From Elusimicrobiota bacterium (GTDB taxonomy: Bacteria; Elusimicrobiota; Elusimicrobia; UBA1565): a DNA stretch of 64,000 nt. Below are positions 62,791 to 64,000 of the stretch, one piece after another. Each line of letters starts with the position of its first letter. Position 1 is the stretch's first letter. Under the pieces are notes generated by a model that was given only the letters and a program-made list of their open reading frames with translations, did not search any database and was not told the DNA's origin. The position numbers and the translations under genes are program-made. The stretch lies in the NCBI GenBank assembly GCA_043827405.1, contig JBDRPD010000053.1:20826-84825 (forward strand). Direction: 5' to 3'.

Positions 62791-63957
62791 ATGAGAAAAG
62801 CGCAAATCGACTATATGCTGGGAAGGATGCTGCGCTCCTTTTCCGGCGTCTCGGACCTAAACATCTCGGTCGACCGGCCGCTGCAGGTCGAATCATCGGG
62901 CCAGCTGATGAAGGTGCCCATTCAGCCCGACATCGAAAAACTGACCCCGTTTCAGACCGAGGTTTTTGCCCTCAACCTCATCCATAACGACCAGCGCCTG
63001 TTCAAAAAACTCCTCGAAGAAGGCTCCTGCGACAGCTCGTACGCCTTAGCCGACGCCCGGTTCCGCGTGAACATCTTCTCCCAGCGGGGCAAGTACTCGA
63101 TCGTACTGCGCAAGCTGGAGACCCGGATCGCGACCCTGAAGGACCTCAACATGCCGGACGCCTTCTACAAAATGCCCAAGGAGAAGAACGGGCTCGTCCT
63201 GGTGACCGGAGCCACCGGCAGCGGCAAGTCGACGTCGCTGGCGGCGCTCCTGCGCGAGCTCAACGAAACCCAGTCGATCCACATCGTTACGCTTGAGGAC
63301 CCGGTCGAGTTCGTGCACCGGAATATCAAGGCGACGTTCAACCAGCGCGAGCTCGGCGGCGATTTCGACACTTTCTCCAGCGGCCTGCGCGCCGCGCTGC
63401 GCCAGGGGCCGAAGGTCATCCTCGTCGGCGAGATGCGCGATCGCGAGACCGTCGAGCTGGGGATGAAAGCCGCCGAGACCGGCCACCTCGTAGTCAGCAC
63501 TTTGCACACCATAGACGCCGGGCAGACGATCAACCGCATCGTCGGCATGTTCAGCCAGGAGGAGGAGCTGCAGGTCCGCCAGCGTCTCGCCGAGACGATC
63601 CGCTGGATTGTCGGCCAGCGTCTGGTGCCGAAGACCGGGGGCGGCCGCCTGGCCATCCATGACATCCTGGGCAACAATATGCGGACCAAGGAGTCCATTC
63701 TGCAGGGCGAATGCGAGGGCAAGACCTTCTACGAAATCCAGGAGGCGAGCCAGGCCTTCGGCATGCAGACCTTCGACCAAGCGCTGATCGCGGCTTTCGA
63801 GAAGAATCTGGTTTCCAAAGAAAACGCCGAGCTCTACGCGACCCATAAGCCGGTCGTCCAGCGCGGAATCGACCGCATTAAGCAGGGCCGCGGCGAGAAG
63901 ACAACCGAGATCGAGGGCCTGGTCCTTGAATCCGAAGCGGAAGGGGCCGCGGTATAA
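62791..63957 (+). CDS. pilU: PilT/PilU-family type IV pilus ATPase, second paralog
   Basis: 388 aa. GATGSGKSTSLAALL Walker A, GEMRDRETVELGM. Adjacent to pilT, as is typical for pilT-pilU. Confidence 0.75.
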   Translation: MRKAQIDYMLGRMLRSFSGVSDLNISVDRPLQVESSGQLMKVPIQPDIEKLTPFQTEVFALNLIHNDQRLFKKLLEEGSCDSSYALADARFRVNIFSQRGKYSIVLRKLETRIATLKDLNMPDAFYKMPKEKNGLVLVTGATGSGKSTSLAALLRELNETQSIHIVTLEDPVEFVHRNIKATFNQRELGGDFDTFSSGLRAALRQGPKVILVGEMRDRETVELGMKAAETGHLVVSTLHTIDAGQTINRIVGMFSQEEELQVRQRLAETIRWIVGQRLVPKTGGGRLAIHDILGNNMRTKESILQGECEGKTFYEIQEASQAFGMQTFDQALIAAFEKNLVSKENAELYATHKPVVQRGIDRIKQGRGEKTTEIEGLVLESEAEGAAV

Positions 63958-64000
63958 ACCATGAATATCACCTGCAAATCCTGTGCCGCAGAGCTAAACC

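Overview
High-GC (about 68-70%) bacterial chromosomal window, probably from an uncultivated lineage. No rRNA, tRNA, CRISPR array or recognisable transposase is present. It is dominated by a ~31-kb tandem array of ten paralogous genes at 11093-42329. Each encodes a ~1000-aa secreted protein in which an N-terminal 7-bladed WD40 beta-propeller is fused to two tandem di-heme cytochrome c peroxidase (CcpA/MauG-like) modules. That gives 4 CxxCH motifs and 2 PYMHNG motifs per protein, about 40 c-type heme sites across the array. The genes are mostly joined by ATGA stop/start overlaps. A ~1.3-kb segment of lower GC, carrying two minus-strand genes for small Cys-rich/metal-binding proteins (one with the YxCPM...CPxCGM heavy-metal-binding motif), interrupts the array between paralogs 8 and 9. 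A DUF5989-like mini membrane protein and a stand-alone WD40 protein are coupled to the 3' end. Downstream lies a 1520-aa secreted protein with two beta-propeller/CARDB-like units and a C-terminal caspase (C14) domain. Further downstream come four tandem SGNH/GDSL hydrolase paralogs (six SGNH genes in the window), a membrane dual-specificity phosphatase, an iron-sulfur flavoprotein, a DmpA (S58) aminopeptidase coupled to a tandem double D-Ala-D-Ala-ligase-like ATP-grasp protein, and pilT/pilU. The 5' part holds a partial U32-like gene, a pentaheme cytochrome c, a B12-binding radical SAM gene, an XRE regulator with a nucleotidyltransferase-like partner, a DUF4143 AAA ATPase, a cystatin-like/MliC-like secreted fusion, and a PP-loop ATPase/cysteine desulfurase cluster. 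A ~190-bp dispersed intergenic repeat with a conserved hairpin occurs 3-4 times in 2.9-7.2 kb. Most long minus-strand ORFs inside the array are GC-driven antisense artefacts. Exact start coordinates are approximate because some starts were chosen by signal-peptide position.
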